A DNA stretch of 64,000 bases from Gemmatimonadaceae bacterium (GCA_051859245.1 JBHYGA010000001.1:512001-576000), one strand, 5' to 3'; positions 11,101 through 19,284 are shown, counted from the first letter of the stretch. Translations and numbers: made by a program. The notes: generated by a model not told the origin, from the letters alone.

Positions 11101-12769
11101 ACACTGCGCACCCGAGACGTTCGCCGCTCTGGAAACAGCAATCGTCAATCTAGCGGACAACTGGGAGACCAAGCATCCGAAGACGCGAGGATTGCGGCAA
11201 TTGCAGCTCCTCTCCGCCATGGATATGAGTCGGCTTGGAACTGCCGGTAGATCGAAGCTGGCTGAACTCAAGGCGAAATTCCCTGAAGTCACGCACGAGC
11301 CTCCCAAAGCGATGGAGGTCGTTTGGGTCGGATCACCGATCCCCGACGACGCTCAGGCGAAAATGACCGATGATCAATGGCTCTCGGCTCTGGCGAAGTA
11401 CGCTGGTGTTGAGCGCCGGCACGATAGAGACTTCGGAGCATCGGGTGGTGAATACCAACTCGCGCAATCGCTCGAAGCCAGAACAAAGGCTAATCCCAGT
11501 CGGTTTGCCGCGCTCAGCTCCAGAATGCCGACGACGTTTCCGTCTTCGTACTTCAACGCGGTACTCCGTGGCGTTGCCGGCTCATCGTCACTAGACGGTC
11601 CGGCCGCGCCTCCCGTGTCCGTGCCTGATGTAGTCGCACTAGTCGAGCAAGTTCACGCGCTGCCAGAACGTACTTGCGGACGATCGATCGCGCACCTTCT
11701 CGAAGGCTGGAGCAAGGTCGAGTGGCCGCCTTCGATCATTGAGGCGATTGCCTGGTATGCTATGGAGGATCCTGATCCCACGGAAGAAGTCTGGCGAACG
11801 CGTTCAGCCAGTGGCCAGTTCTACTACGGCGGCAAACCCGACTCGGCAGGGTTGAATTCGACCCGCGGAGCGGCCGCCAACGCAATTGCACGGTTGCTTC
11901 TCGAGAAGCGCGAACCGGGTGACGTGCTCAGAAAGGCAGTTGAACATCTCGCCCATGACACGTCGATCGCGGTGCGGTCTCAGGCGGTTTACCCCCTGCT
12001 TGCGTTGCTCGATACACATGCCGACCATGCCATCAGGTGGTTCGTTGAATGTGTCAGCCTTGACCCGATTCTGCTCAAGGCGCACTTCGTTGAGCAATTC
12101 CTTTATCATGCGGCGTTTCGTGACTATGCTGCCATTCGACCTGTACTCGAACGAATGACCGCAAGTGACGATGAGGAAGTAGTTGAGGCTGCCGCTCGAT
12201 TGTGCTGTGTGCTCGCATTTGGCTTTGAACCAGCCGACAAAGACGCCAAGAAGATTCGCGAGGGAGGTCCAGCAATGCGCAAGAGCGCTGCCAACGTCTA
12301 CGCTACCAACGTCGCGAACGAAGAAGTCGGGGCGAGTTCACGCGAACTGCTGCTGCCTTTTTTCTCAGACACTGAAGATGCGGTGAGGACACAAGCGGCA
12401 AGTGCATTCCACGAACTTGAAAAGCTTGATGCCGCCGAGCAGGCCAAGTTGCTCGGAGCATTCTTGGATGGCAAACCTACAGCCGAAGCGTTGGAACGCG
12501 TCATCCGCGCGATCGAAGACTCGCCGGTTCAATTGCCCGACCTCGTCATCCGCGTGGTCGAAGAGGGTATTGCGGCATTCAAGGCAGATGCGGGCGACAT
12601 ATCCAAAGCGGGAGCCATGGTCGCTGGCGACCTTTCGAAAATTGTCATTAGACTGTACTCGCAGTCGGATGGTGAGCAGATCAAGAAGCGGGCTCTTGAC
12701 GCGATTGATGACATGGAGCGGGCCGGATTCTTCGGATTGGCGGACGAATTAGGGAAGCTCGAACGCTGA
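8117..12769 (+). CDS. Nuclease-STAND NTPase-helical repeat protein, Avs4/AVAST-like anti-phage protein
   Basis: N-terminal PD-(D/E)xK-like region (GDQYEALW...GVEF...EFWSIKRQ), Walker A GGAGGGKS, Walker B LVIDQLD, VVACR, FFHETFFDY, long helical C-terminus; 1550 aa. Confidence 0.75.
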   Translation: MPAKGGASGKFGDQYEALWTVDALLRVVDGQADSVTYESLDPALSRGVEFNLRSSAGYLEFWSIKRQTATAAGWTLATLVKPDNAGRSILGDLIAHVERNVSNIAVFASTLGAAKLEELRSASATADTFNARLDQSKELTADYKRYLLPLFGGDQERARQFLTRVQIRTSDETSLRTNIESAISRLFYRETGEAINASGIRRFLAEYLLNHIHEQIDRSMLFDHIAANGIRRMDWKVEKTIREKVSALCDEYTQPLREQLIRGVLQTLPGADKLLGPDGLPIARRTLLAGGAGGGKSTELAHIVERLRKAEIPTLPIRLDVVPESILTPTRLGSDVLSLHTSPVALLAGIAEGGNCVLVIDQLDAVSLASGRRTEVWTLFERLLAEADGYPNLRIVVACRAFDLEHDHRMRSLKAKSSVFEVVEIGSFDSKTVNAILGDRKVHPKLKPLLVVPLHLAMFQSLATGESERIETRDELFAAFWTDKQRKTSHRLGRDCNFAGVIDWLATWLSDHQELSAPASMLPDERRVDADALTSEHVLVLADGRYRFFHETFFDYAFARRFVQRGETLMDLVLHGEQHLFRRAQVRQILTFLRANDRARYLEELQSILSEDRVRFHIKRVLFQFLSALSDPTHPEWAVLHELSSVQPDLLGQVNGVVSNHAGWFDVMRADGFFDAALSSREAKQEERAIWLCGMPRVMEQCSAQVAGLLVKYRRDDEAWRKYHRHICRTGNTFHSREMFDLFLYLIRDGTLDGARPGFAVNDNWWSMLYSVADKAPALASEAIAAWFDRKLEIWRAETSERNALTNGGDDADVGDENAPVTDAVESSAQNLRRHVEDDGNDWGVIQKAAEASLEFAQHLLPRIADVAAEQAKPSGDDLAIDPLWSFRMFGDSGHGASDLVLSNVAQALERLAQKCPEELDKILAPYTERPHDAIAYLVLRSWTAAPTTYAERCAQYLSEDARRLKIGYASWGGGAGAGMASGYRSIEAIRASSPHCAPETFAALETAIVNLADNWETKHPKTRGLRQLQLLSAMDMSRLGTAGRSKLAELKAKFPEVTHEPPKAMEVVWVGSPIPDDAQAKMTDDQWLSALAKYAGVERRHDRDFGASGGEYQLAQSLEARTKANPSRFAALSSRMPTTFPSSYFNAVLRGVAGSSSLDGPAAPPVSVPDVVALVEQVHALPERTCGRSIAHLLEGWSKVEWPPSIIEAIAWYAMEDPDPTEEVWRTRSASGQFYYGGKPDSAGLNSTRGAAANAIARLLLEKREPGDVLRKAVEHLAHDTSIAVRSQAVYPLLALLDTHADHAIRWFVECVSLDPILLKAHFVEQFLYHAAFRDYAAIRPVLERMTASDDEEVVEAAARLCCVLAFGFEPADKDAKKIREGGPAMRKSAANVYATNVANEEVGASSRELLLPFFSDTEDAVRTQAASAFHELEKLDAAEQAKLLGAFLDGKPTAEALERVIRAIEDSPVQLPDLVIRVVEEGIAAFKADAGDISKAGAMVAGDLSKIVIRLYSQSDGEQIKKRALDAIDDMERAGFFGLADELGKLER

Positions 12770-12778
12770 ATATCGGAA

Positions 12779-13095
12779 TCAGGCAAGGTCGACTTGCTCC
12801 ATCGCACAGTTGAGCAATTTTTCGGGGTTGATGTCGAGCACGCACTGCACGCCGTTGATGAACAGAATGACGTCGTAGGGTGTGATCCAAATGGTCGGCG
12901 TTGATGCGCACTTGGAGGACGACCTCGTAAGGTGTTCTTGCACCAGTCCTTGATGATCACCAGCGTGAAGTTCAGCGGCGTGTCGTCGTCGCGGGTGAAG
13001 CTGTTGGTTGTGCAGCGGGTCTGGCTGGACGTTGTAGACGTCGGGGGTGGTAGTCTCGTCCAGCAGGCGGACGAACCCGTGTAGTAGCATCAGCG
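12779..13095 (-). pseudogene. hsdR: Type I restriction subunit R N-terminal relic (frameshifted)
   Basis: Across three frames: RLLDETTTPDV / NSFTRDDDTPLNFTLVIIKDWCKNT / RINADHLDH / YDVILFING...AMEQV, matching HsdR N-terminal sequence from recall. Confidence 0.7.
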
Positions 13096-13177
13096 AACGG
13101 TGAGCTGCGCTGAGTTTCTCCCATCAGTGGGAATGCTTCGGATTGAACTTCGAAGGCCGTCTAGGTCTTTGGGGTTT

Positions 13178-13268
13178 GCCTTACGCTAGCGTTGTCCTGT
13201 GGCGGCCGAGCGCAGCGAGGAATAGCCACCCCTTTGTGGCGGCCGTCAGGACAAACGCGAGGTTAGGC
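13178..13268 (-). mobile_element. Integron attC site (attC-4), R' core mutated to GTAAGGC
   Basis: Minus strand GCCTAAC...GTTTGTCCTG..GGCCG...CGGCC..CAGGACAAC...GTAAGGC; ORF stop in R''. Confidence 0.82.
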
Positions 13269-14177
13269 CGGAGCGCCGAAGCCTGTTGGCAGGACGGTCG
13301 CGCGAATACGTCTGTCGAGCGCCTCAACGAGATCCTCCGGCGCCTTCCACAGGATGTGACTGTACTGCCTCGTGTCAAAGTGGGCGTCCTTGATAGCGTC
13401 CTCACGGCAGGTCCAAATCACCGGAATCCCGTGCCCCTGGGCGAGACCGGCTTCGAAGTAGACTCCGCCTCGATGACCCGTGAAATCCGCGACCAGCAGT
13501 CCGCTTCGCTTGACTTCGGCGACGATCTCGTCATCAATCTTGTTGTTGTGTTCCTTGCGGTCGATGCGGAGCGCGGAGAAGTACTTCGAGCGCTCGATAC
13601 CGGGCTTGAATCCGTGAGTCCACGCGTCATCGAGCGAAGAATCGAACCACATCGCGACGAACGCCTGCCGACTGTCACGGTTCACAGCTCGAAGTGCTTC
13701 AATGCGCTGCCAGCCGGCGGCAGTGATTCGCTTCGTCGTCTGGTCGAAGAAGCCCATCTCCGCAGCCATGAACACCAAGTCGCCATACTGCGACTCGTCA
13801 CGAACCGGTACGCGGACATAGTCGTATTCCGGCTGCAGATTGATTTGCTCGCTGTATCGACGTGCCTTGGTGGCAAGATGGAGCAGAATTAGATCGACAC
13901 CAGAAGCCAACGTGCTGGTAGATGGCGCTGTGGCCGCAAGCTGCGGAGTGTTCTCGACGGTCACGAACAGATGCTCACGTCGATCTGTGGCAGCGCGGAT
14001 CGCGAATGCAAGGCGAAAGCGATCTCGTCCGAGTATGCGTTCGATTGTGGATCCAGTTGCTAGACGATCAATGGAATAGCTTCCGCATCGAGGGCATGAG
14101 AGCGTGACGGCATCGCGTTCCGGGAACCGCACCTTTTCGGTCTGAGCACCGTCACGACCACAAATCGAGCATTGCAT
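13263..14177 (-). CDS. Zn-ribbon + nucleoside 2-deoxyribosyltransferase/TIR-like domain protein (first cassette)
   Basis: CSIC...CPRC; QAFVAMWF...KIDDEI...VADFTGHRGGVYFEAG...HFDTRQY. Confidence 0.8.
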   Translation of the reverse strand: MQCSICGRDGAQTEKVRFPERDAVTLSCPRCGSYSIDRLATGSTIERILGRDRFRLAFAIRAATDRREHLFVTVENTPQLAATAPSTSTLASGVDLILLHLATKARRYSEQINLQPEYDYVRVPVRDESQYGDLVFMAAEMGFFDQTTKRITAAGWQRIEALRAVNRDSRQAFVAMWFDSSLDDAWTHGFKPGIERSKYFSALRIDRKEHNNKIDDEIVAEVKRSGLLVADFTGHRGGVYFEAGLAQGHGIPVIWTCREDAIKDAHFDTRQYSHILWKAPEDLVEALDRRIRATVLPTGFGAPA

Positions 14178-14216
14178 GCGGAAAGTGCCCTCGAACAGGC
14201 AGGTGCTTGGTTGCTT

Positions 14217-14400
14217 GCCTAACGCGTATTGGACTGCAGGCGATCATTGCACAGTGAGATTTATGTCGCGGGTCAGCGCAGCATAATCGGCGGCGACAGT
14301 GAAGCCGTTGAACAGCTTAAACACATTCGCTCCAATAGTTTATTTGGTCAAGAGTACGCCGTGTGCGAAGCGGTTATGCTGCAGATATCGCAGCCTAACG
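14217..14400 (-). mobile_element. Putative attI region
   Basis: GTTAGGC core at 14217-14223 precedes the first cassette without an attC hairpin; second GTTAGGC at 14393-14399; directly downstream of the intI stop. Confidence 0.55.
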
Positions 14401-14445
14401 CGAGCCTCCGCCGAGCTGCGACCAAACGAACTCTGTCATGATCCG

Positions 14446-14760
14446 CTATGTCGGATCCATGTCGAGCGGGCTACGGACGCCAGGGCCACCGCGATTGAGG
14501 ACGTGCGTAAAGATCATCGTGGTCGACAAGTAGCGATGGCCGAGCAACTCTTGCACGGTGCGAATGTCATAACCGGCCTCAAGCAAGTGCGTCGCGAACG
14601 AGTGACGGAAAGTATGGCAACCCACACGCTGGTCTAGGCCGATACGTCGTCCTGCTTCACACACCGCACGCTGAAGCACGCTGGGGTGGATGTGATGCGT
14701 CAATCGTACCCGGTAGTCAGGTGATTCGAACTCGCGACTCGCAGGGAACAGCAAATTGTC
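14446..14760 (-). pseudogene. intI: Integron integrase, C-terminal fragment, catalytic Tyr->Phe
   Basis: FPAS...[12 protein letters not shown]...[50 protein letters not shown]. Confidence 0.9.
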
Positions 14761-14776
14761 CACGCTGATACGCCGT

Positions 14777-15067
14777 CTACTCACGAACAACGGGCATCAG
14801 ATGCATCTCCACTCCCAGCGCGCGAAGAAGCTTTAGCACCGTGTCATATCTTGGTTTGGCTCCAGGAGCCAACGCCTTGTAGAGGCTCTCTCGGCCGAGT
14901 CCCGTATCCTTGGCCACCTGCGCCATGCCACGAGCCTTCGCTACATCGGCAATCGCCTGCAAAAAGAGTTCCGGATGCTCGCTCGCAAGTGCGACGTTGA
15001 GATATTCGGCGATGACTTCTTCGCTATCGAGATAGTCAGCGGCATCGAATGCAACAGGCTTTTTCAC
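14777..15067 (-). CDS. Addiction module antidote protein (HI1420/HigA-like HTH antitoxin)
   Basis: [11 protein letters not shown]...[22 protein letters not shown]...PRYDTV. Confidence 0.9.
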   Translation of the reverse strand: MKKPVAFDAADYLDSEEVIAEYLNVALASEHPELFLQAIADVAKARGMAQVAKDTGLGRESLYKALAPGAKPRYDTVLKLLRALGVEMHLMPVVRE

Positions 15068-15369
15068 AGGTCTTTCTCCAAGCGGGTGCGCAAGGCTTTC
15101 GCTTTGCCGATGTCTCGGCGCTGTGTCGATTTGTCGCCGCCACACAGCAGCCAATGGGTGTCGGTTCCGTGGCGCCAGTAATACACGCGATAGCCCGGCC
15201 CCACGTGAATACGGAGTTCAAAGACGCCGTCACCTACTGCCGTACTGTCAGCAAAGTGCCCCAGTTCCGCGGCGCGGATTCGAGCAAGAATGCGCGCTTT
15301 CCCAATTGGGTCTTTGAGTGCCTTTAGCCACTCGTCGAACTCGGGAGTGCGGAAGAAACCGGATGTCAT
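15064..15369 (-). CDS. RelE/ParE-family toxin (HI1419/HigB-like)
   Basis: FDEWLKALKD...VGDGVFELRIHVGPGYRVY...LLCGGDKSTQRRDI. Confidence 0.9.
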   Translation of the reverse strand: MTSGFFRTPEFDEWLKALKDPIGKARILARIRAAELGHFADSTAVGDGVFELRIHVGPGYRVYYWRHGTDTHWLLCGGDKSTQRRDIGKAKALRTRLEKDL

Positions 15370-15403
15370 TTTGAATGTATCCATTCGGATACAGCTCGTC
15401 AAG
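15370..15403 (-). promoter_or_regulatory. TA promoter with palindromic operator
   Basis: TTGACG-17nt-TACATT-4nt-ATG; TGTATCC-N4-GGATACA at 15376-15393. Confidence 0.7.
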
Positions 15404-15535
15404 CGCGGAAAACGCGTCTGCAAGCTGGCGTGAACTGCGTGGCTCGACACCCGTGCGTCTGCACGCTACTGGCGCCGCTACTAACCAGAGTACGCACCGG
15501 GCGAAACGCACGCGTCATCACAACACCGCCGCTCG

Positions 15536-16320
15536 CATCAATCAAACCACCCATGCACAAACCACCGTCCCATTTCCTGATACAACAACAAATCTCCCTC
15601 GCCATCGGCCACACACCGCCAGTAATCGCGCGCGAACGCATCCGCACGCCACCAGTCGCCGGTGAGTCGCTCGGGACCACTCGCGTGTGACACCACCACG
15701 CGGCGCTGCTGCCACGCCACCGCACTCGGCGCACCATGCACGCCACATTCCACCGTGACGGGATCCGGCGTCTCCAGTAAACGCAACGCGGCGTGATCGA
15801 GTGGCGACGCTGCACGCGGTGTTTCATCATCACGCGATGTCACATCAGCGCGCGCACGAACATCACGCGCTGTCGCACCACCCGACGTCACATCCTCACG
15901 CGTCGCACGCTCCGCTAACGTCCACGCATCCGCACGCACCCACACACCGGCGCGATCATACCGATGTGCATCTTGGCTTTCCGGATGCACCACCACATCA
16001 CCGCGTCCGTCCGGATCAAGCGCCGCCGCCAATCGCGCAATCGCCGCTTCAACACTCGCCGCGGCATCACGCCACGACGGTTCAAGCAAATCCCCTTGAT
16101 CTGCAGCAAGTGGTGCAGTGGCGGGAATGTGCACGGTCACACCAGTCACAGCCGCCGACCGTATCCATCGCTCAAGCAACGAGCGACACTGTTCAACAAG
16201 AGGTTCAACACGCGCAAGCGGACGAGCAGGACGCACTTCGCGCGTAATGCTGCGCGTCGCACGATCCCATCCGTCGAGACGCTGCGCATCGACGCCCACA
16301 ATCGCTTCGAGATGCGCGTC
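15536..16320 (-). repeat. Duplicated 3' end of imuB (copy A, no 5' part)
   Basis: Near-identical to 19240-19976, with SNPs and a 48-bp in-frame insertion. Confidence 0.92.
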
Positions 16321-16470
16321 GCTACTCTGAGTCTCGCTTGTACACCTTGCCTACGCCTTCGCAAAGATGTTTCGCAATCTGAAATCCGCGTTAGTTGCGC
16401 ACGCGGGAAATCGCGTATGTCCCGTTATCAATGATTCTCGCAAGGCGAGCTCGGCCGTATAAATGAAGAC

Positions 16471-16500
16471 TTGACAAAATGGAAGGGGGGGGGGCATCGT
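16471..16500 (+). promoter_or_regulatory. Promoter with G10 homopolymer in the spacer
   Basis: TTGACA at 16471, 18-nt spacer ending in G10 (16485-16494), CATCGT as a possible -10. Confidence 0.5.
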
Positions 16501-16548
16501 AGCACCAGATCAGTTTGTCGCGCTTGACTCTCTTCGGGGGTGCTTACT

Positions 16549-17223
16549 ATGCGTGCAGGCTCACTTGATCGGTTTGCTACTTGGGCAGTGATAGTAGCGG
16601 CGATCAGCGTTGCAGCGAGTTCGCTGCTGAGGGCGGTTGAGCGTGTCCCCGTAGACTCCGTAACGGATGACGCGCCCCAAACCCGGTTCGTCGATGATTG
16701 GAAGCTCTTGGTCGCCGACGGAATTTCTTCAGGCGATGCGAATGCCGACGTGACGCTTATCGAGTTCGCGGATTTTGAGTGCTCGTACTGTGCACGCGCG
16801 CACTTGGGGCTGCGCGAACAACTCGCTCAGCGCGGCTCGACAGTGCGACAGGTCTTTATGCATTTCCCGCTTAGGTCTCACCGCTTCTCTCTGCCATCTG
16901 CTCACGCCGCTGAATGCGCCAATGTGCAGGGCAGGTTTGGTGAGATGAAACACGCACTGTTCTCACGGCAAGATTCCCTCGGGCTCAAGTCCTTGCGAAG
17001 CTACGCCGAAGATGCAGGTGTAGCCAACTTGGATGCGTTCGATGAGTGCCTCAAGGGAAGCCCGAACGATTTTCCACGTATCGCAGCGGGTCTAGCCGCC
17101 GCCGAACGACTGCGACTTCAAGTAACGCCCACCTTCATCGTGAATGGGTGGCAGCACATAGGCCTTTCCGCCGATTCACTGGTTGCGCTCATCGATGCGG
17201 AGCTTCTCAGCCAGGGGCGTTGA
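16549..17223 (+). CDS. DsbA-family thiol-disulfide oxidoreductase
   Basis: N-terminal anchor, EFADFECSYC, HFPL, TPTFIVNG. Confidence 0.9.
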   Translation: MRAGSLDRFATWAVIVAAISVAASSLLRAVERVPVDSVTDDAPQTRFVDDWKLLVADGISSGDANADVTLIEFADFECSYCARAHLGLREQLAQRGSTVRQVFMHFPLRSHRFSLPSAHAAECANVQGRFGEMKHALFSRQDSLGLKSLRSYAEDAGVANLDAFDECLKGSPNDFPRIAAGLAAAERLRLQVTPTFIVNGWQHIGLSADSLVALIDAELLSQGR

Positions 17224-17284
17224 AAGCAGTAACGTTATGGTGTTGTGTTGCGGTTCGTTTTCATCTTTCAATCGGAGCCGGACG

Positions 17285-17560
17285 ATGTCGCGATCACTGT
17301 TGGCGAAGACTGCGTTTCTTGTTGCTCTTGCAACCGTCGAATTTGGCATCGCCCCCAAGTCAGCCGGTGCGACAGAGAGCTCTAAAGCAAGTTCCTGTTC
17401 GTTTTGCTGGCCGTTTGGTTGCCCATCGAACATGGTGTGGACGGATCTGTGCCACCATTTTTGTGGAAATCACACCTTGTTAGGATGGTGTGAGGAGATG
17501 ACTGACCAGTGCGGTATTTTTATGGATGGCAATGTCACGTGCGCTGGCAACATTACGTGA
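17285..17560 (+). CDS. Small secreted Cys-rich peptide (91 aa, 8 Cys)
   Basis: Signal-like N-terminus ending AGA, followed by a core with 8 Cys. Confidence 0.7.
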   Translation: MSRSLLAKTAFLVALATVEFGIAPKSAGATESSKASSCSFCWPFGCPSNMVWTDLCHHFCGNHTLLGWCEEMTDQCGIFMDGNVTCAGNIT

Positions 17561-17573
17561 GGGGGACCGCGAT

Positions 17574-18026
17574 ATGAGCGCGATTTCTCGGCAGCTCACT
17601 GCGCGCATTGTGGCGCCTTACCTCTTGTGCCTCTGCCTTCCGCTTTCTGTGGAGGCGCAGCGAACTGGGCATCCGCCGCTTCCGGCGGAGGTTCTGAAAC
17701 AGGCCGAGGGAGCGTACTATGCCCCACGAGATCAATCGCATCGACGAGCGTGCATGCTGAAGGCGGTCAGCCGGGGGCTGGAGTTAAAACCTGCACAGCT
17801 GGCAGGGTTTGTTGACGCGATCGCTGTATATGCCGACACGACCAGTTCCCCACGCTCCCGTGCTGAAGTCATGCAACGTACCCGAGTTCGCGATTCCTCT
17901 CTCTTCGCTCTGGTGGCGACGAGAAAGGACTCGTTGGCGCTCAAGCGAAGTATTGGAACTGAGGAGGCTTGGTGGCGTGCCGGCAACTGCAACGGAAGAC
18001 TCGTTTCGCGTGATGCGCCACCGTGA
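17574..18026 (+). CDS. Hypothetical secreted protein
   Basis: GGGGG RBS; signal peptide ending VEA-Q; operon position. Confidence 0.65.
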   Translation: MSAISRQLTARIVAPYLLCLCLPLSVEAQRTGHPPLPAEVLKQAEGAYYAPRDQSHRRACMLKAVSRGLELKPAQLAGFVDAIAVYADTTSSPRSRAEVMQRTRVRDSSLFALVATRKDSLALKRSIGTEEAWWRAGNCNGRLVSRDAPP

Positions 18027-18072
18027 TTTCAAGGCACGGCCCACATTGCATCGTGGCAGCCACTCTGTACTA

Positions 18073-19284
18073 GTGCGATGGTGTTCTATCACGCGTGGAT
18101 CTCGTGTTGTGCTGCTTGGTTCGCTGTTCTGGGGAGGCTGTGACGGGGCGTCTAGTGAATCGGGGTCTCTCCCGCTACTTCAGCTCGCGCCCGTTTCCGC
18201 AGAAAGTGTGGTCGGTTACACATCCATCACCAGCGTTCGAGAACTCGGTGACGGACGTGTTCTGGTGACTGACCCGCGCGAAGGACGCGTTGAAGTGCTG
18301 GACTTTTTTACTGGCACTGCCACTCCAGTCGGGCGGCGCGGCGCCGGTCCCGAAGAATGGTCGTCGGCAGTGGCGGTGTGGCCCTTGGGAACCGATTCGA
18401 GTCTACAGTCGGATCCGCTGGCTCGTCGCTGGGTGTTTTTTTCGGGAGACCGGGTAGCAGCAGTTCAAACTGGTGAGTCTCTGCCGAATGAGCTCGGGCG
18501 GATGCTGATATACGGCGCAGACTCGCTTGGGAATGTGCTGAGTTTTCATCAACCCGAGATTCGGGAGCTCGGTGCTTCTGCGGACTCAGCGTCAATCCTC
18601 ATCGTTCGTCGTGCTTCCGGTCGTGTCGATACCGTCGGTCGGCTTCTCAGCGCACCCGGCGTATTGGTCGGATCAAACGTTAGAGCTGTGAGTCGACCCG
18701 CGCTCGCGGTCGGTGAGCAAGCTGCAATGTTCGTCGACGGCTGGATCGCTATTCTGCGATTACGCCCGTATCGCGTTGATTGGAGATCTCCGGACGGCAG
18801 CGAGTTGCGTGGTGCCCCGGTTGAAGTCACCGATCCCCCACTCACAGAGTCCGATCGCAGTCTCTACATTCGCGACCATCAGACGTTTATTGCGTCAGTC
18901 GACAAGATGCCGCCCGGAATGCGTGACCTCGCGCGTCGGGCGGTCTCTGATTTCCCTTCGACGCTGCCTCCTGTGCAACCTTTCGCTTTGGTCGCCGGCG
19001 GAGACGGGCTGTTGTATGTTCGTCGGACTAAGTCCGCTGACCTGCCGATGCCGATTCTCGACGTCGTAGACCGATCAGGCGTTCGTTGTGCACGCATTCA
19101 GCTTGCTGTGGGGGAGCGGCTGCAGAGCGTGACCCAGCGTTGGATGTATGTAGTGGTTATTGATGAAGACAACGTCGAGCGTGTTCGTCGCTACGAAAAT
19201 GTTGCCTCGGCCGCCGCGAATAGTTCGCCGCTCACGAGTCATCAATCAAACCACCCATGCACAAACCACCGTCCCATCTCCTGA
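18073..19284 (+). CDS. Beta-propeller (6-bladed-like) lipoprotein
   Basis: Lipobox-like FWGGC, VRELGDGRVLVTD, GRRGAGPEEW; start uncertain; C-terminus overlaps the imuB stop region. Confidence 0.7.
   Translation: MRWCSITRGSRVVLLGSLFWGGCDGASSESGSLPLLQLAPVSAESVVGYTSITSVRELGDGRVLVTDPREGRVEVLDFFTGTATPVGRRGAGPEEWSSAVAVWPLGTDSSLQSDPLARRWVFFSGDRVAAVQTGESLPNELGRMLIYGADSLGNVLSFHQPEIRELGASADSASILIVRRASGRVDTVGRLLSAPGVLVGSNVRAVSRPALAVGEQAAMFVDGWIAILRLRPYRVDWRSPDGSELRGAPVEVTDPPLTESDRSLYIRDHQTFIASVDKMPPGMRDLARRAVSDFPSTLPPVQPFALVAGGDGLLYVRRTKSADLPMPILDVVDRSGVRCARIQLAVGERLQSVTQRWMYVVVIDEDNVERVRRYENVASAAANSSPLTSHQSNHPCTNHRPIS

Noticed and set aside
13143..13892. 249-aa plus-strand ORF and similar long antisense ORFs across the window
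   Set aside because: Shadow ORFs of well-supported genes, expected at high GC; no motifs
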